Source: Octopus vulgaris (taxonomy: Eukaryota). Taken from it: a stretch of DNA of 64,000 bases. Positions 1-13,851 of the stretch are shown piece after piece. Made by a program: the position numbers and the translations under genes. Within the stretch, counting starts at the first letter, position 1. Every line of letters starts with the position of its first letter. The notes beneath the pieces were generated by a model that worked only from the letters and a program-made list of their open reading frames with translations, did no database searches and had not been told where the DNA came from. The stretch lies in the NCBI GenBank assembly GCA_951406725.2, contig OX597820.1, positions 66,650,001-66,714,000 on the forward strand, written 5' to 3'.

Positions 1-1290
1 TAACAACAAAAACAATAATAATAACAATAATGGCTTGGAGGTTCAAGCCATTATTAGTCAATATGATAATGTGTAGCAGAAGATTTTACTTCTCAAACAC
101 ATTATGGCTTTTCTGCCAATTATACTTGGTGGCGGCGGTGACGATGGTGATGATGATGATGATGATGATAAACCATTCCTGTAGCCAAATATGGAAAATT
201 TACAATTTGTCATAACTTGTATAATTTCTTATGATCATTATCTCTACCGTTTCCAGTCTTGCAAAAATAAATAATTTTTCCTTATCTTATTCTATCGCAT
301 CTTAATAAGCCATTTTCTATAACTAATGGCCCGGTCGACCATCGGAAAGAAAAAAAAAGAAAAAGAAAAAGTAAAAAATAAAGGTTAACCGACCTTCATA
401 TAAGCAATTTATCTCTACTCTATATAATCAATAACTGTAACTAATAAACAGAGTTGAAATCTATTATAAAACAAAGGAACTTATGATTAAAATAATACCA
501 TCCATACATATGTACGTACATATATATGTACATATATATACAACGCAAACACCTATATATACACATATAAATATATATATATATATACATACACATATAT
601 TTATATGTGTGTATATATATATATATACGCTTGCAGAAATACATATGTACACATCATGGAATACCAGGTCTCATACATACACATCAACATATTTCTCTCT
701 CTTTCTCTCTTTTACTAACTCTCATTTTCTCTCTCATTCATGCACAAACACACACCTCTCTTGTCTGTCGGCTGCCCTCGCTCACTCCGACTCCATTCCA
801 TTATTTCCTTTCAGTTGTCTGCAAGCTAAGAGCAGAAACAAACTTTATAACAAAGTTTTCATAGAAATTCCTATTATTTCATTTTCCATTATTAATTATT
901 GGAAGAAAGTTGTTGGTGATAGATTAATCCCAGAATTAGTCTACAACGGCGGGCACATTGCCTTGCAGAGTATTTCAGTTTACATTCCTTATACATGCCG
1001 AATTCTTACCCCTCTCCTTCTAATGAGTGATATCACTCAAGTACTTTGTGTCAATCAATTTAATCAAATTTCCCCTGAGCATATAAACTCCATTTCTTGA
1101 AATTATCTCACCATTTCCTTCAAGAGTTACTGCAGTAAGTTTGCTTCTTGGGTTAGGCTGCATGTTAATATACTCACCTAAGTTCACCATTTTTTGTGTG
1201 CTTGGTGTATTTACCTAAGCTGGATGGTCCTCAACCATTTTTGTCCCATGGACTGGGAGATCACGCACATAACAAGACAATATAACATAT

Positions 1291-1660
1291 TCTTTTACTT
1301 AGTTCACGGACCACTGCCTTTAAGGGTTTCAGTTGAATGAATCAATCCCAGGACTTATTTCTTAAGCCTAGTAATTATTCTATTGGTCTCTTTGGCCGAA
1401 CTGCTAAGTTACAGGGACGTAAATACACCAACATTGGTTGTTAAGCAGTGATGGCAGGGACAAACACAGACACATAGTTACACACACACACACACACATA
1501 CACACGACAGGCTTCTTTCAGTTTCCATCTACCAAATCCGCTCACAAGGCTTTTGGTTCGCCCAAGGCTATAGGAGAAGACATTTGCCCAAGGTGCCATG
1601 CAGTGGGACTGAACCTGGAACCATGTGGTTGAGAAGCAAGCTGCTTACCACACCTACACC
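1291..1660 (-). mobile_element. tRNA-derived SINE family A (CORE-like, internal (CA)n)
   Basis: Minus strand begins with a tRNA-like head (TGTGGTAAG...GGTTCAGTCC B-box), then CACCTTGGGCAA CORE-like motif, internal microsatellite and AAGTAAAAGA tail; about 20 copies in the window. Confidence 0.85.
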
Positions 1661-1682
1661 TATATATATATATATATGTGTG

Positions 1683-1817
1683 TGACCCCATTCAGTCATG
1701 AATGGCCGTGGGATTGCACCATGAAAGTTACCCTCCGAGGCACAAACCTGGGTAAGGCTGTTTTTATGGAAGACCAGCAGTTGCCCATACATACCAGCCT
1801 CTCCTCTGCATACCATT
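1683..1817 (-). mobile_element. SINE family D 3' tail fragment
   Basis: Matches 25984-26120 (gggattgcacc...gttaccctcc...tttatggaagaccagcag). Confidence 0.7.
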
Positions 1818-3014
1818 AATGTTTCTTTGAAAAGAGCTCAGAATTGTAGGACAAGAAGTAAAAAATTTTAATTTTTAACCAAAAAAATCAGTGATATATC
1901 ACTTTGTTAGGTAGAAAACAGAACTACTGAAATCAGTAAAGGTCAGTGTAACAAAATCAGAGTAAAATAACGTTTGTTAGTACTGGACTAAATTTGGTAA
2001 TAAAATGATACAGAGAGAATTCTTTTTTTTTTCCTTTCAAGCTGGAAGTTGAGTTGACTGTAAAGAATTATGTTGTATGTGATGTTTGTATTAATACGAT
2101 GAGCACAACTTTTAGGCATCGTTTTGGATTAATACATAACTCAGTGGTCTGTTGGAATAAAACATTACATTCATTTGGTGAATCGCAACCCCATGTTCAT
2201 CTGGAAAAGCTGATCATGTGATGAAGGTGTTGTGTATGTTGGTATTAACAAAGTATTAGACAAGATTCTTTCTTCTCTGGGTTTTGCCAGGGCCACCTCA
2301 ACATCGATATAGGGCCCTAGACAAAATAGTGCCTCAGGGCCTCCCAATAAACACAACTACAGCATACATAGATTTGTTTTGAACTCTTAAGCAAGGGCCC
2401 AGCATGCTTCCCCTTGTTATTGGTGGGCAAGAACTAACTGAAAACAATACACATTGTTATTGTTTACACTGGTTTATCAGTAGATAAACTGTAGATTACT
2501 ATTTTACAGATGCATATGTGCTTGATAGGTATATCACCATTCTTATACAGATTGGTGGAAACGGTTAATACAATTTGTTAAATATCTTCAATAGTATTAT
2601 CCTACCAATTCTTATATTTTAGTTTATTAATAAACAAATTATAATAAAATAAATCGAAACCATTTTACAAAAAAAAAACATCAGAATTTACAACTACCGT
2701 TTTGTTTCAGCAGGTTTGTTATCACTCTTATTTCATTTCAAAGAATACGAATCCTTTCACATTCTCTGCCGAATTTCCGGCAAATGATGATCTTTGTTGA
2801 CTCGAGTTGTTTCACTTCTGGATCACAAAGCAAACGCTTCACCCAAAATTCTTTCAAAACCATAATTCATGTTGTATAAAGCACAAGAATACTGCAAAAT
2901 CAATTCCTTGCCCTTTTTTTCTTTCCCCATGCAGTGGTGATAGCTATTCCAAAACTCTGCCAAAAAAACATTATTGTCTGTTTAAAAGTTGGGTATTAAT
3001 TACCAGATGATTGA

Positions 3015-3160
3015 TTCCACCAGGTTCAACTTTGCCTTTCGCCTTTCATCCTCCTGGGTGTCCGTAGAATAAGTACCAGCTGAGCACTGGGGCTGATGTA
3101 ATCAATTTTTACCCGCCTCCCTGAAATTGCTGGCTTTGTGCCGCCAAAACTTGAAGCCAT
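3015..3160 (+). mobile_element. SINE family B fragment (Meta-like core)
   Basis: ctttgcctttc...catcct...aataagtaccag...ggggctgatgtaatc, homologous to 56223-56430. Confidence 0.7.
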
Positions 3161-4861
3161 TAATTACCAGATGATTAGCCGAATTGATAAGGCAGTTGTG
3201 GTCAAAAAATGCCTTGTAGTACGGTATTGATATTAAAGCCCCTTTAATATCCTGATTTCAAATCCTGCTGAGGTCATTTTTGCTTTTCATCTTCGCGGGT
3301 TCAATAAAATAAACAACTCATCAAGTTTATTATTTAACGGAGTTTTTGTTGATTTTAATGCGTTTATTGTTGTTTTAATAACGCATTACTTCAAATAGGT
3401 TTTGTTATTGTTGCCACTATTCTTATCATGTTATTGTTAATATTATGGTTGCTTTCACTGTTGTTACAGTTTATAAACTTTAATGGATCTTATTGTTGAT
3501 GTTGTGGCTTTCATTGACTGGTCAGTCCAGCTGTTAGTTCAAGACTGATCAATCAAGTCAAATCTTCAAAGAGACAATCATCACACGGATTAAAAAAATA
3601 TATCTTTTATATCTTTTTTTTTTCCAATTTTTTTTTATTGTTTATTTTTGCATTATTTTGTAATTACTTTTTTTATTTTTTCATTTGTTTGGTTCAATGT
3701 GATTAAAGGATTGATGGAAGAAAGGACTTGTGTATTTGGGTGTGTGTGGAGGGTGAGGTGCAGTTATTTCATTATTCAGAACCTGGGTGCGTATGGTCCT
3801 GGTTCATTTGCTGCACGCGTGCGCATGCGGCGTGCATATATGAGGGGTCAGATAAGGGTATATGATTCCTATGCGATTCCATTGTGTATATATCATTGAT
3901 TAAACTCAACCGTTGTTTTTGTTGTTCTTTTTGTTATTGTTGTTACTATTGTTATTGGTATCTCGTTGCGGTTGCTCCTTCTTTTAATAAGTATTAGTGA
4001 TATTTTTAATTTAAAGATGCTTTCTCTCCCCCGCCCCATCCTCTCTCCCCTTCGTTCTCTCTCACTAATAACATTACAATATAATTTCCTTTGCCTACTT
4101 AACACTACACCACCACAACCACCGCAACCACCATCACTGCAACCACAACCACTACCACCACCATCACCACCACCACCACCACCACTACCAACGACATTGC
4201 TAAATAACCTGTACATAAGCCATTTAATTACACTAGTTATTCTTCTCCTACCCCCTCAACACACACACACACACACATACATACATACACATGTATGTAT
4301 GTACATACATACACATACACACATTGCCTCTTCTCCATCTTCATTGTATTTCATATACGCACACATACACACATACGTACATAGACAACATTCATTCTCT
4401 GAACACCACCATCCCTGCAGCCACCAAGTACATCATACCACAGCCCATACCACCACCACCACCATCCACAGGCTCATTTACAACCATCAACCACTTCCAT
4501 CATCATCACTACAACCACAAACATCACTTACAACAACTAATACCACCACCATGACCACCACCACTACCATCCTATTTTTTGATTAAAACTTGTCAGGTCA
4601 ACTTAACACCATATGTTCAAGTCAAAAAGGGCAAGGGGCAGGCTGGTGGTAATGGTGGTGGTGGTGGTGGTGGTGGTGGCAGTGGCGGTGGTGAGAGGAC
4701 AGAATGGTTATGCGATTGGTGAGTAAACCAATTTTGGTACGTAAGCTCCCAAACCAGTCCTGATCAACTAATATCTCTAATCTATTCCACCCATGACCTC
4801 CTCATCTGTAGCAAACACACATTTTAACATTCATCATGCATTGTAAGAGATTTGTATTCAT

Positions 4862-5030
4862 TGAGTTGGCAGAAGTGTTAGCATACAAGACAAAACGTTT
4901 AGCTGCATTTCGTACATCCTTATGTTCTGAGTTCAAATTCTACCAGAGTCGAGTTTGTCTTTCATCTTTTCAGGAACTTTAAAATAAGTACCGGTACCCC
5001 TCCCCTCAAAATTTGTTGGCCTTGTGAAAG
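4862..5030 (+). mobile_element. tRNA-derived SINE family B
   Basis: gagttggcagaagtgttagc head, gagttcaaattc B-box, tttcatctt...aaataagtacc core. Confidence 0.75.
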
Positions 5031-5162
5031 AATTATTAGCTTTTGATTGGTAATCACAATTCTGGCATCTTCCAACAACATCACTCCATCTATTGGTACC
5101 AAAACAACATTGATATTGGGTTGTTTTGGCCCTCACTGTACTCTTTTTCTCTCTCTCTCTCT

Positions 5163-5567
5163 CTCTTTTACTTGTTTCAGTCACTTGACTGTAGCCATGC
5201 TGGAGCACTGCCTTTAGTCGAGCAAATCGACCCCAGGACTTATTCTTTGTAAACCTAGTACTTATTCTATCGGTGTCTTTTGCCAAACCGCTAAGTTACA
5301 GGGACGTAAACATACCAGCATTGGCTGTCAAGTGATGTTGGGGGTACAAACACAGACACACAGACATATACACACACACACACACACATATATATACATA
5401 TATACGACGGGCTTCTTTCAGTTTCCATCTACCAAATCCACTCACAAGGCTTTGGTAGGCCTGAGGCTATAGTAGAAGATACTTGCCCAAGGTGCCATGT
5501 ACTGTGACTGAAACCAGAACCATGTAGTTCGTAAGCAAGCTACTTACCACACAGCCACTCCTACGCC
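5163..5567 (-). mobile_element. SINE family A, full length
   Basis: Head GGCGTAGGAGTGGCTGTGTGGTAAG, CACCTTGGGCAAG, internal (TG/TA)n, tail GACTGAAACAAGTAAAAGAG. Confidence 0.9.
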
Positions 5568-5732
5568 TATACAACATTTTTTAGCTGCATTAGCCATGCA
5601 AGTACTACAACACTCTAGATGCCTGTGTAACCACTCAGAGACCATGGAGTGGATATTTTACTTCTTCTTAAGGCGTTGTTCCTTGTTCTGCTCATAAGTT
5701 TGGCTTTTCTCTCACGTGCCTCTACCATATTT

Positions 5733-5975
5733 ATCATCATCATTGTCATTTTAACGTCCACTGTTCCATGCTTGCAAGGATCAAATGGAATTTATTAAGG
5801 TAGATTTTCTACAGCTGGATGCCTTTCCTGTTGCCAAGCTCATGTGTTTCCAAAAGGAAGGTAATATTTCCCCATGACCAGACATGTTTTTGTGGAAGAT
5901 TGGAGACAAATGACACTGCTTGCATAACAGTGACACTTATTTACAACTCACACAAATTCAAAGTCAGGAGACAGT
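5733..5975 (-). mobile_element. Retroposon family C 3' end with (GAT)n tail
   Basis: catcat...ttaacgtccactgttccatgc...ctacagctggatgcc shared with 7507-7660. Confidence 0.65.
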
Positions 5976-6671
5976 AGCACACACACATATACTGTTGTGT
6001 CTTGAGACTCATTATACCAAGTTATGACAAAATTTGTTTCAACACTCAAATCCACATCAAGAATCTTGGAATCAAATACAAAAACATAGTAAGGTGTGTG
6101 TGTGTGTGTGATGAGCTTCTACTCAGTTTTTGTTGACCGTCTCCACTCACAAGGCTTTGGTCAGCCCAGAGCTATAATAGTGGAATAAGACAATTGCCCG
6201 GAGCCGTGCAGATGGACTGAACCCACGACCTAATGGTTAGGAAGCAGGCTCCTTCACCACACAACCATGTTGGCTCTACTGATGGTGGTGGTGGTGGTGG
6301 TGGTGGTAGGTTGTTGTTGTTGTTTTAATCTATAACCCCTGAGAAAAAGGAATAACAAGAGGAAATCAAACAACTATATCAGTAACAACAACAACATCAA
6401 TGACATCACAGAAGCTCTCCACCTCTGTTAAAAATACCCCAGTTCCCACATAGGGACACACACACACTTACACACACATGCTGGTTGGTCACTCTCACTT
6501 CCTTTCATCTGCCCACATCCTCCTACATATTTTATGTTGTAAGGAAGGGAAAATAAATAAAATATCAAAAACATCTTTTGTTGACTTTGGTTTTCAATTA
6601 TAATATTGCTTCATTAAGTTTGTGTATGTGTGGAGAGAGAGAGACATTATCTAGATATATATTCTCTTTTA

Positions 6672-7055
6672 TTCTTTTACTTGTATCAGTCATTTGACTG
6701 CGGCCATGCTGGAGCACCGTTTTTAGTTGAACGAATCGCCCCCAGGACTTATTCTTTGTGAGCCTAGTACTTATCCTATCTGTCTCTTTTGCCAAACAAC
6801 AAAGTTATGTGGATGTAAACACACCAACATCGGTTGTCAAGTGATGCTTGGGGGAGACAAACACAGATACACAAAAATATACGTATATAATATATCTATA
6901 TATATATATATATATGATGGGCTTCTTTCAGTTTCTGTCTACCAAATCCACTCACAAGGCTTTTGTCAGCTGGAGGCTATAGTACAAGACATTTGCCCAA
7001 GGTGCCATGCAGTGGGGATGAACCTAGAACTTACCACACAGCCACTCCTGTGCCT
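6672..7055 (-). mobile_element. SINE family A
   Basis: Collinear with 5163-5567; small deletion in the head. Confidence 0.88.
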
Positions 7056-7118
7056 ATGTATATGTTTATATATACATATATGTGTGTGTGGGTGTGTGTG
7101 TATATATATATATTTATA

Positions 7119-7504
7119 TGGAGGTGCAATGGTCCAGTGGTTAGGGCAGCAGAATAGCAGTCATACAATCGTGGTTTCAATTCCCAGACCGGGTGTTGTG
7201 AGTGATTATTGAGCAAAAACACCTAAAACAGCATGAGGCTCTGGTAGGGGGTGGTGGCGACGAACCCTGCTGTACTCTTTCACCACAACTTTATCCCACT
7301 CTTTCTTCCTATTTCTGTTGTACCTGTATTTCAAAGGGGCCAGCCTTGTCACACATTCTGTGTCACGCTGAATCTCCCCCAAGAACTACGTTAAGGGTAC
7401 ACGTGTCTGTGGAGTGCTCAGCCACTTGCACATTAATTTCACGAGCAGGCTGTTCCGTTGATCAGATCAACTGGAACCTTCATTGTCATAAGTGACAGAG
7501 TGCC
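7119..7504 (+). mobile_element. tRNA-derived SINE family D
   Basis: tggtccagtggttaggg A-box, ggtttcaattccc B-box, ttgagcaaaaacac core; tail shared with 43404-43580. Confidence 0.8.
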
Positions 7505-7506
7505 AT

Positions 7507-7975
7507 ATCATCATCATCGGTTAACGTCTGCTCTCCATGCTGGCATGGGTTGGATGATTTGACTGAGGTCTGGTCAACAAGATGGCTGCGCCAGGCTCCA
7601 ATCTGATCTGGCAGAGTTTCTACAGCTGGATGCCCTTCCTAACCTCAACCACTCCAAGAGTGTAGTGGGTGCTTTTACATGCCACCGGCACGAGGGCCAG
7701 TCAGGCGGTACTGGCAACGGCCATGCTCAAATGGTGTTTTACATGCCACTTGCACAGGAGCCAGTCCAGTAACAGTGGCAACGACCTTGCCCGAGCGTCT
7801 TTTTATGTGCCATTGGCACATGCCAGTAAGGCAACGCTGGTAACGATCACACTCGAATGGTGCTTTTTACGTGCCAATGGCACAGAAGCCAGTCAGCTGC
7901 TCTGGCAATGGTCACGCTTGGATGGTGGTCTAAGCGCTCCACTAGCACAGATGCCAGTCATTGAATTTGATTTTG
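7507..7975 (-). mobile_element. Retroposon family C with 4-5 internal ~65 bp repeats
   Basis: ccatgctggcatgggttgga...gctggatgcccttcctaac, followed by repeated ggtgcttttacgtgccac modules. Confidence 0.8.
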
Positions 7976-8435
7976 TTATATATATATACATGTATCCTTT
8001 CTATATTAGACTTGTGTAGAAGATAATTCTTTTTTTTATGTCCTCATATGTAAAGCTGGTGGTGGTGGTGGTGGTGGTGCTGCTGCTCTTACTCATGGTC
8101 TTGGTTTTGAGGGAGAACAGGATAATCTTTTCATCTTTGTGCAGCATCCACCCGCCACCCTTCAGCCCACCACCCTGACTATTGTAGCTTGAAATATTTC
8201 CTGTAATAAATGTAATATACTTTGTAATTTGTCATTGTTGATGAAATTGTTGTTGTTGTTATTGTTCTTATCTGAAGTTATTAATACTTTTCTATATATA
8301 TATGCATCATCGTTTGTAATTCTGTGTGGATGTATATGTGTATATGTAATCTATGTATGTATGTGTATGTAATTGTATGTATGTTATTGTGTATGCAGGT
8401 GTGTAATTATGTATCTGTGTGTATATGTATGTCTT

Positions 8436-8466
<31 letters not shown>

Positions 8467-8472
8467 GTATGT

Positions 8473-8527
<55 letters not shown>

Positions 8528-9520
8528 GTATGTATGTATGTACATATATATAAAATACAAAATGGGGCAACAACGCAAAACATCCGGACAATTTATATAT
8601 ACATATATATACATATATACGTATGTATACGTCTATGTATGTTTGTATATGTATGTATTTCTGTAAATGTATGTGTGTAAGAGAAGCGATTAAATCTCTT
8701 ATTATAATTCCATCATTCCCTATTGTGTTGTGATGTTTAATGCTTATGTTGTTGTTTATTAATATCATCCTTAATCAGGCTAGATTGACAAGGAAGAAGT
8801 TTCCTTTCTTTTTTCCTTTCTTTCTTTCTCCTTTACAGTAAGTGTTTTTAATTAGAGTAAATGTAAAAACTGGCGCAGGCCTACTAAAACCACCGGCAGC
8901 TGCAGCAGCAGCAACACCATCGTTGAGGTGTCGGTGATGATGGTGACGGGGCGGCCTGATGGACAGTAGGTAGAAATAGTAGAATCTGTAGCTAATGCTG
9001 GTGTTGGTGTTGGTGGTGGAAGTGACAGTATTATCAGAGTGGGTGGATGGGAGATGGTAATAATGATGTTATAATTGCTTTGGTTCTTGTGGATGGTACT
9101 GACGGTGGAGGTGGTGGTGGTGGTGGTGGTGGTGGTATTAATGTGGTGTTTTGTTGCCAAAGAGACCTGATAAATGATAAAGTACTAACTGATGTCACAG
9201 CCATTGTTGTTTTATTGATGTGCTGATGTATCACTTTAGAGAGAAGACAAAAACAAAATCAAATCAAAAAAAAGATGATGGGTTGGTGGTGTAGGGTCAA
9301 GGGCTGGGTGGGTGGAGGTGTTGGTATGAAGGCTGGGTCTTTTGTGTTGTATATAAATGCTTATGCAGTTACTCTTGCTGCTGCTGTTGTTGTTGTTGTT
9401 GTCGATGATGTCTAAAGACACATCTGTATCTCTTATTCATATATGCCAATAGACTTCCACTTAATATGCATATTTGCACTCGACAGCAACCAGTGGTTTG
9501 AGACAGGGCCACATATAGAG

Positions 9521-9790
9521 CAACCTTTTATATGGTCACTTGATCTGCTAGAAATAGCAACCAATTCTTTCTTTGAATCACATCCTAAAGTCTTATATAA
9601 TGAAAATATTGTCTGGTGCACTACAACTCAACAGGGCCATGTATGCAATAACCTTTTATATGGTCACTTAATCTGCTATAAATAGCAACCAATTCTTTCT
9701 TTGAATCACATCCTAAAGTCTTATATATTGAACTTATTGTATACAGTGCTCAGGTGTGCAACTCATCTCAGGTGTACTACAACTCATCAG
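9521..9790. repeat. Local ~129 bp tandem duplication (family E segment plus CR1 tail remnant)
   Basis: accttttatatggtcactt...gaatcacatcctaaagtcttatata occurs twice (about 9521-9598 and 9650-9727). Confidence 0.85.
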
Positions 9791-10454
9791 AAAAGCTAGT
9801 CAAAAATGCCTGAACAGTTCATAAAATAATGCACAAGTGATCAATGAATGAGTCATTTTTAAAAATGGTGGGGGGGCATCAGATGTAGAAGTACATATCA
9901 AAAACCAAGTCTCAAAAGGATTAAATTGAGCCTGTACACACAACCTGCTAGAAATTGCAGCCAAATCTCCCTCAAATTACACTTTACTGTCTTTAAGAAA
10001 TGAAGGACTCTTAACAAGTTCATTGGGTGGTGGTGAAACAATTGCTGGGGCATAGAATGTGAATGCTCCCTTCTCAGCCCCCACCCCCACCCCATTAACC
10101 TACTTAGCAAGTGAATTGGTGAAGAAGAAATTCCCCTTGTATTTAACTGGTACTGGTTTTATAAGTTATTGATTCTGAAAGAACGAAAAATAAAGTCACC
10201 CTTGGGCGAGTTTGAACTCAGGACCTTTAGAACCAGGACAAATACTGCAAGGCATGCTATCCAGTGTTGCAATGGCTAGGGTGCTAATCATCTGAAGTCT
10301 GCTCATTCAGGACTTAACCTGGGGTTAAACAGCAACAACAGCCAACATTATCTTTAAGTTGAGCTAATATGGGGCTTTTTTCTACATAACCATTTGATGG
10401 CTGTTAGTTTAAACTTTTCTCCACCTTCATTTTCTTTCTTTTAACTACATGTTA

Positions 10455-10455
<1 letters not shown>

Positions 10456-10489
<34 letters not shown>

Positions 10490-10525
10490 CACACACACAC
10501 ACACACACAGTACACACACACACAG

Positions 10526-10602
<77 letters not shown>

Positions 10603-10620
10603 CATACACACACACACACA
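10456..10620. repeat. (CA)n microsatellite with recurring AGTA interruptions
   Basis: Seen directly. Confidence 0.95.
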
Positions 10621-10954
10621 AAATGTATGCTTGTTTATCTCTATTCTATGTACCTATATGTCTATTGACCTATCTGTGTGTAAGTACATATATTTATGTA
10701 TACATATATATATGTACATAATATATATATGTTTGTGTGTGTACATATGTATATGTGTATGTATATATATATAGATGTACACACACACACATATATTTAT
10801 TCATACATATATATATGTATATATATATATATATATATATAAACACAAAGTTATTTTCTATTGCTGTCCATTATCTTGGTCAGTCCAGAGTAGAGAAGTA
10901 TTAATTAAAAATGAAGGTTTGTGTGTAATAATGTAAAGTGTTTGCATGTATGCA

Positions 10955-10993
<39 letters not shown>

Positions 10994-11939
10994 GTTGCTT
11001 CTATGGCTGCGTGCATGTTTTTGTAAATAACCCATCATCTCTCTTTACTCACAAACGGGTATATATTAAGTGTCCAAATATTTCTGGTGTCCCTGGTATT
11101 AATGCTGCCTAAACTATATGGTATGCTTCCAGCGGTCACTTGGTTGGTCAGTTAGAGTCCGGGCTGTCTTTGCCATACATGGCATGATATAACTATTGCC
11201 TATCACTGTCATCATCATCATCATCATCATCATAATCACCATCATCACCATCATCGTCGTCATCGTCATTAATCATACTCTTCCTCTTTTTCGCTGTCCG
11301 TTATCAGGCACTAAAAATATCTCCTTTACTAAACTCTCACCCACATGGCCATCGTGTTCCTGCTCCTTCACCACCACCACCACCTGCCTGCCCCTATTAA
11401 AGGATCAAGTTTGTGATTTCCGCATTACAATAATTCAGTGTGCGTGACTGTATATGTTTGTGTGTGTGTGTGTGTCTCTGTGTGTCTGTGTCTGTGTGTG
11501 TGTGTGTGTGCCAGGAAGTAGAAAGGTATAATTTTTGATAGACTTAACCATTAATTTTCTCTGCTAAATCCATGATCAGCTGTTGCTGCTGTTACTGCTG
11601 CTGGTGCTGCTGGTAACCAGGAAGGTTGAAATCTTTCGGTCACTTCCCTCCATCCATTTGGTGGCATTGGTGGTAGTGTTAGCAGTGTTCGTTTTTGTAA
11701 CATTAGCAGCAATGAAGATTATACCAGTGAGAGTAGTACAGGTGGTAGTGTTTATGGTGTTGCTGATTGGTGAGGGTCATGATGGTCAAAGTAGTAGGGT
11801 AGTTGTAGCGTTAGTGATAGTAGTATTGGTGGTAGTGGCAGTGGTGGTTGGTCAATATAGTAGGGTAGTTGTGTTGGTGATAGTAGGTGTATCTGTGGTG
11901 GTGTTGCTGGTGATATAAATACTTATGATGACTCTGTTG

Positions 11940-12130
11940 TAGTATTACTTGGTGGTGGTGGTCATCGTTGAGGTAGTCATGGAGGTGGTGATAGTCATGG
12001 TGGTGGTGATCGTAGTCGTGGTTGTAGTCATGGTTGTAGTAGTGGTGGTGGTAGTCGTGGTGATGGTGGTGGTAATTGTGGTGGTGGTAGTGGTAGTAGT
12101 GGTGGTAGTTGTAGTGGTAGCCATGGCGGC

Positions 12131-12164
<34 letters not shown>

Positions 12165-12165
12165 A
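11940..12165. repeat. (GTG/GTA)n trinucleotide low-complexity tract
   Basis: Seen directly; source of the poly-V/H/P ORF artefacts. Confidence 0.9.
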
Positions 12166-12714
12166 TGTATGAAGTACAAGTTTTGCTTTGACTATCATCA
12201 AAGACATTCCAACCATGACTCTTTAGTCTTTTTTTTTTTTTCTCATTTACTTTATATCAGGGCTATATTACCTATTTGCAAGAGAGTACAGTTTATGTGT
12301 ACGAATTTAGCTGCTATTTCTAGCAATTTGAGCCACCTCAAAAATTTACTTTGTAATGCGTTGGGAGTGGTGGTGGCGTCAGTGGTAGTGGTGTGGTGTT
12401 GTAGTGGTAATGATAATGTGACACTCAACTTGCTAAAAATAGCAGCCAAATTTTCCTGAAATTTCATTCATTCTTCTATCTTCAAAAATATATAACAACA
12501 ACAACAATAATAATTATAAAAAAGAGTGTCAGGGACATGTTCGGTAATTTGCTTCTGTGTTCCCCCGCCCCCTCCATACCTGAAAGAAAATGGAATGATC
12601 ACGTCTCAGCTACAATGGCATGTGATCATAGGTCTGTTCTGTCAGGAGTGACTTGGGGGCCAAAGATCAAAAACAACAACAACAATAACAGCACAAATTT
12701 AAAAGGAAAGCATA

Positions 12715-12771
<57 letters not shown>

Positions 12772-13129
12772 TACACATGCGCATAAAAACTATATATATT
12801 TATGTAAATACGTGCACATAAAATAAATATGTATTTGTTCATTTTGTTTGCATCACATGTTTATTGTACAAGTTGCAGCAGAGAGGCTGGTAAAAATAAC
12901 ACATTATATCTGTCTATAGAGGGTTTATTATAACCCTAATATGTGTGTGCATTAGGATTACAGCTGTATTCAAACAAGCTCGCTGCGCACCAACTTAGAT
13001 GGAAATCATGATATTTTGGGTGTCACTTTGACATTGACTCCTCTCCTTCAGTGGAGTTTTTCACTTTAAAATTAGAACAACTAACTTCCTGTATGTGGGT
13101 GTATTGTGCAATTGTGATAGGTATATATA

Positions 13130-13272
13130 TGGCACTGATGTGGTTGTGTGGTGGTAAGAAGCTTGCTTCCCGACCACATGCTTCAGGGTTCAGTCCCTCT
13201 GCATGGCACTTTGGGCAAGTGACTTCTGCTATATAGCCTGGGGCTGATCAAAGCCTTGTGAGTAGACTTGGT
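13130..13272 (+). mobile_element. SINE family A 5' half
   Basis: tggtaagaagcttgcttcc...gggttcagtccc...cactttgggcaagtg. Confidence 0.8.
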
Positions 13273-13295
13273 GTATACACATAAATATATATATA

Positions 13296-13475
13296 CTCTT
13301 TACTCTTTCACTTGTTTCAGTCATTTGACTGTGGCCATGCTGGAGTACCACCTCTAGTCGAAGAAATCGACCCCAGGACTTATTCTTTGTAAGCCTAGTA
13401 CTTATTCTATCGGTCTCTTTTGCTGAACCGCTAAGTTTATGGGGACATAAACACACAAGCATCGGTTGTCAAGCA
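13296..13475 (-). mobile_element. SINE family A 3' half (5' part resumes at about 13915-14022, beyond the RTE insertion)
   Basis: Near-identical to 5163-5335. Confidence 0.85.
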
Positions 13476-13496
13476 ATATATATATATATGTATATA

Positions 13497-13851
13497 AATA
13501 ATGCATTCGAGCTTTGGTGTTGGAGAAGACTTTTACGGATTCCATGGACAGCGAGGCTCACCAATGGAGAAGTTCTTAAGCAGATCAGGCCGAAAAGGTT
13601 GTTAGAATCTAGGATCACCAAGCATAGATTGGCATATTTCGGTCATATTATGCGGAGAAAATCCCTGGAGGACATCATGCTCGGAATGGTCAGTGGCAAG
13701 AGAAGAAGAGGCCGACCAAGAACCCGCTGGCTTGACACCATCAAGAGTGATACCGGAATGGATGTAGCCAATCTGAAAGAAGCGGCCCAGGATAGAACTG
13801 ACTGGAGGACACTGATCCAATGAGTAACCGAGAGTCGATTTCGACCGAGTG

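Noticed and set aside
2288-2350. CAGGGCC...GGGCCCTAG, resembling a hAT-type left end; also ggtcctcaaccattttt at about 1226
   Set aside because: No matching right TIR or target-site duplication found
2515-2575. CACCA...TGGTG-GAAAC stem suggesting a hammerhead
   Set aside because: No CTGANGA core and no convincing stem I
7660-7950. Regularly spaced ~25 bp motifs with variable intervening sequence (CRISPR-like look)
   Set aside because: Eukaryotic context, degenerate repeats, mutually related spacers and no cas genes; these are internal repeats of family C
8800-8845. Polypyrimidine tract followed by TTTACAGTAAGT, resembling a recursive splice site
   Set aside because: Acceptor AG and donor GT share one G, so there is no AG|GT junction; no exon evidence
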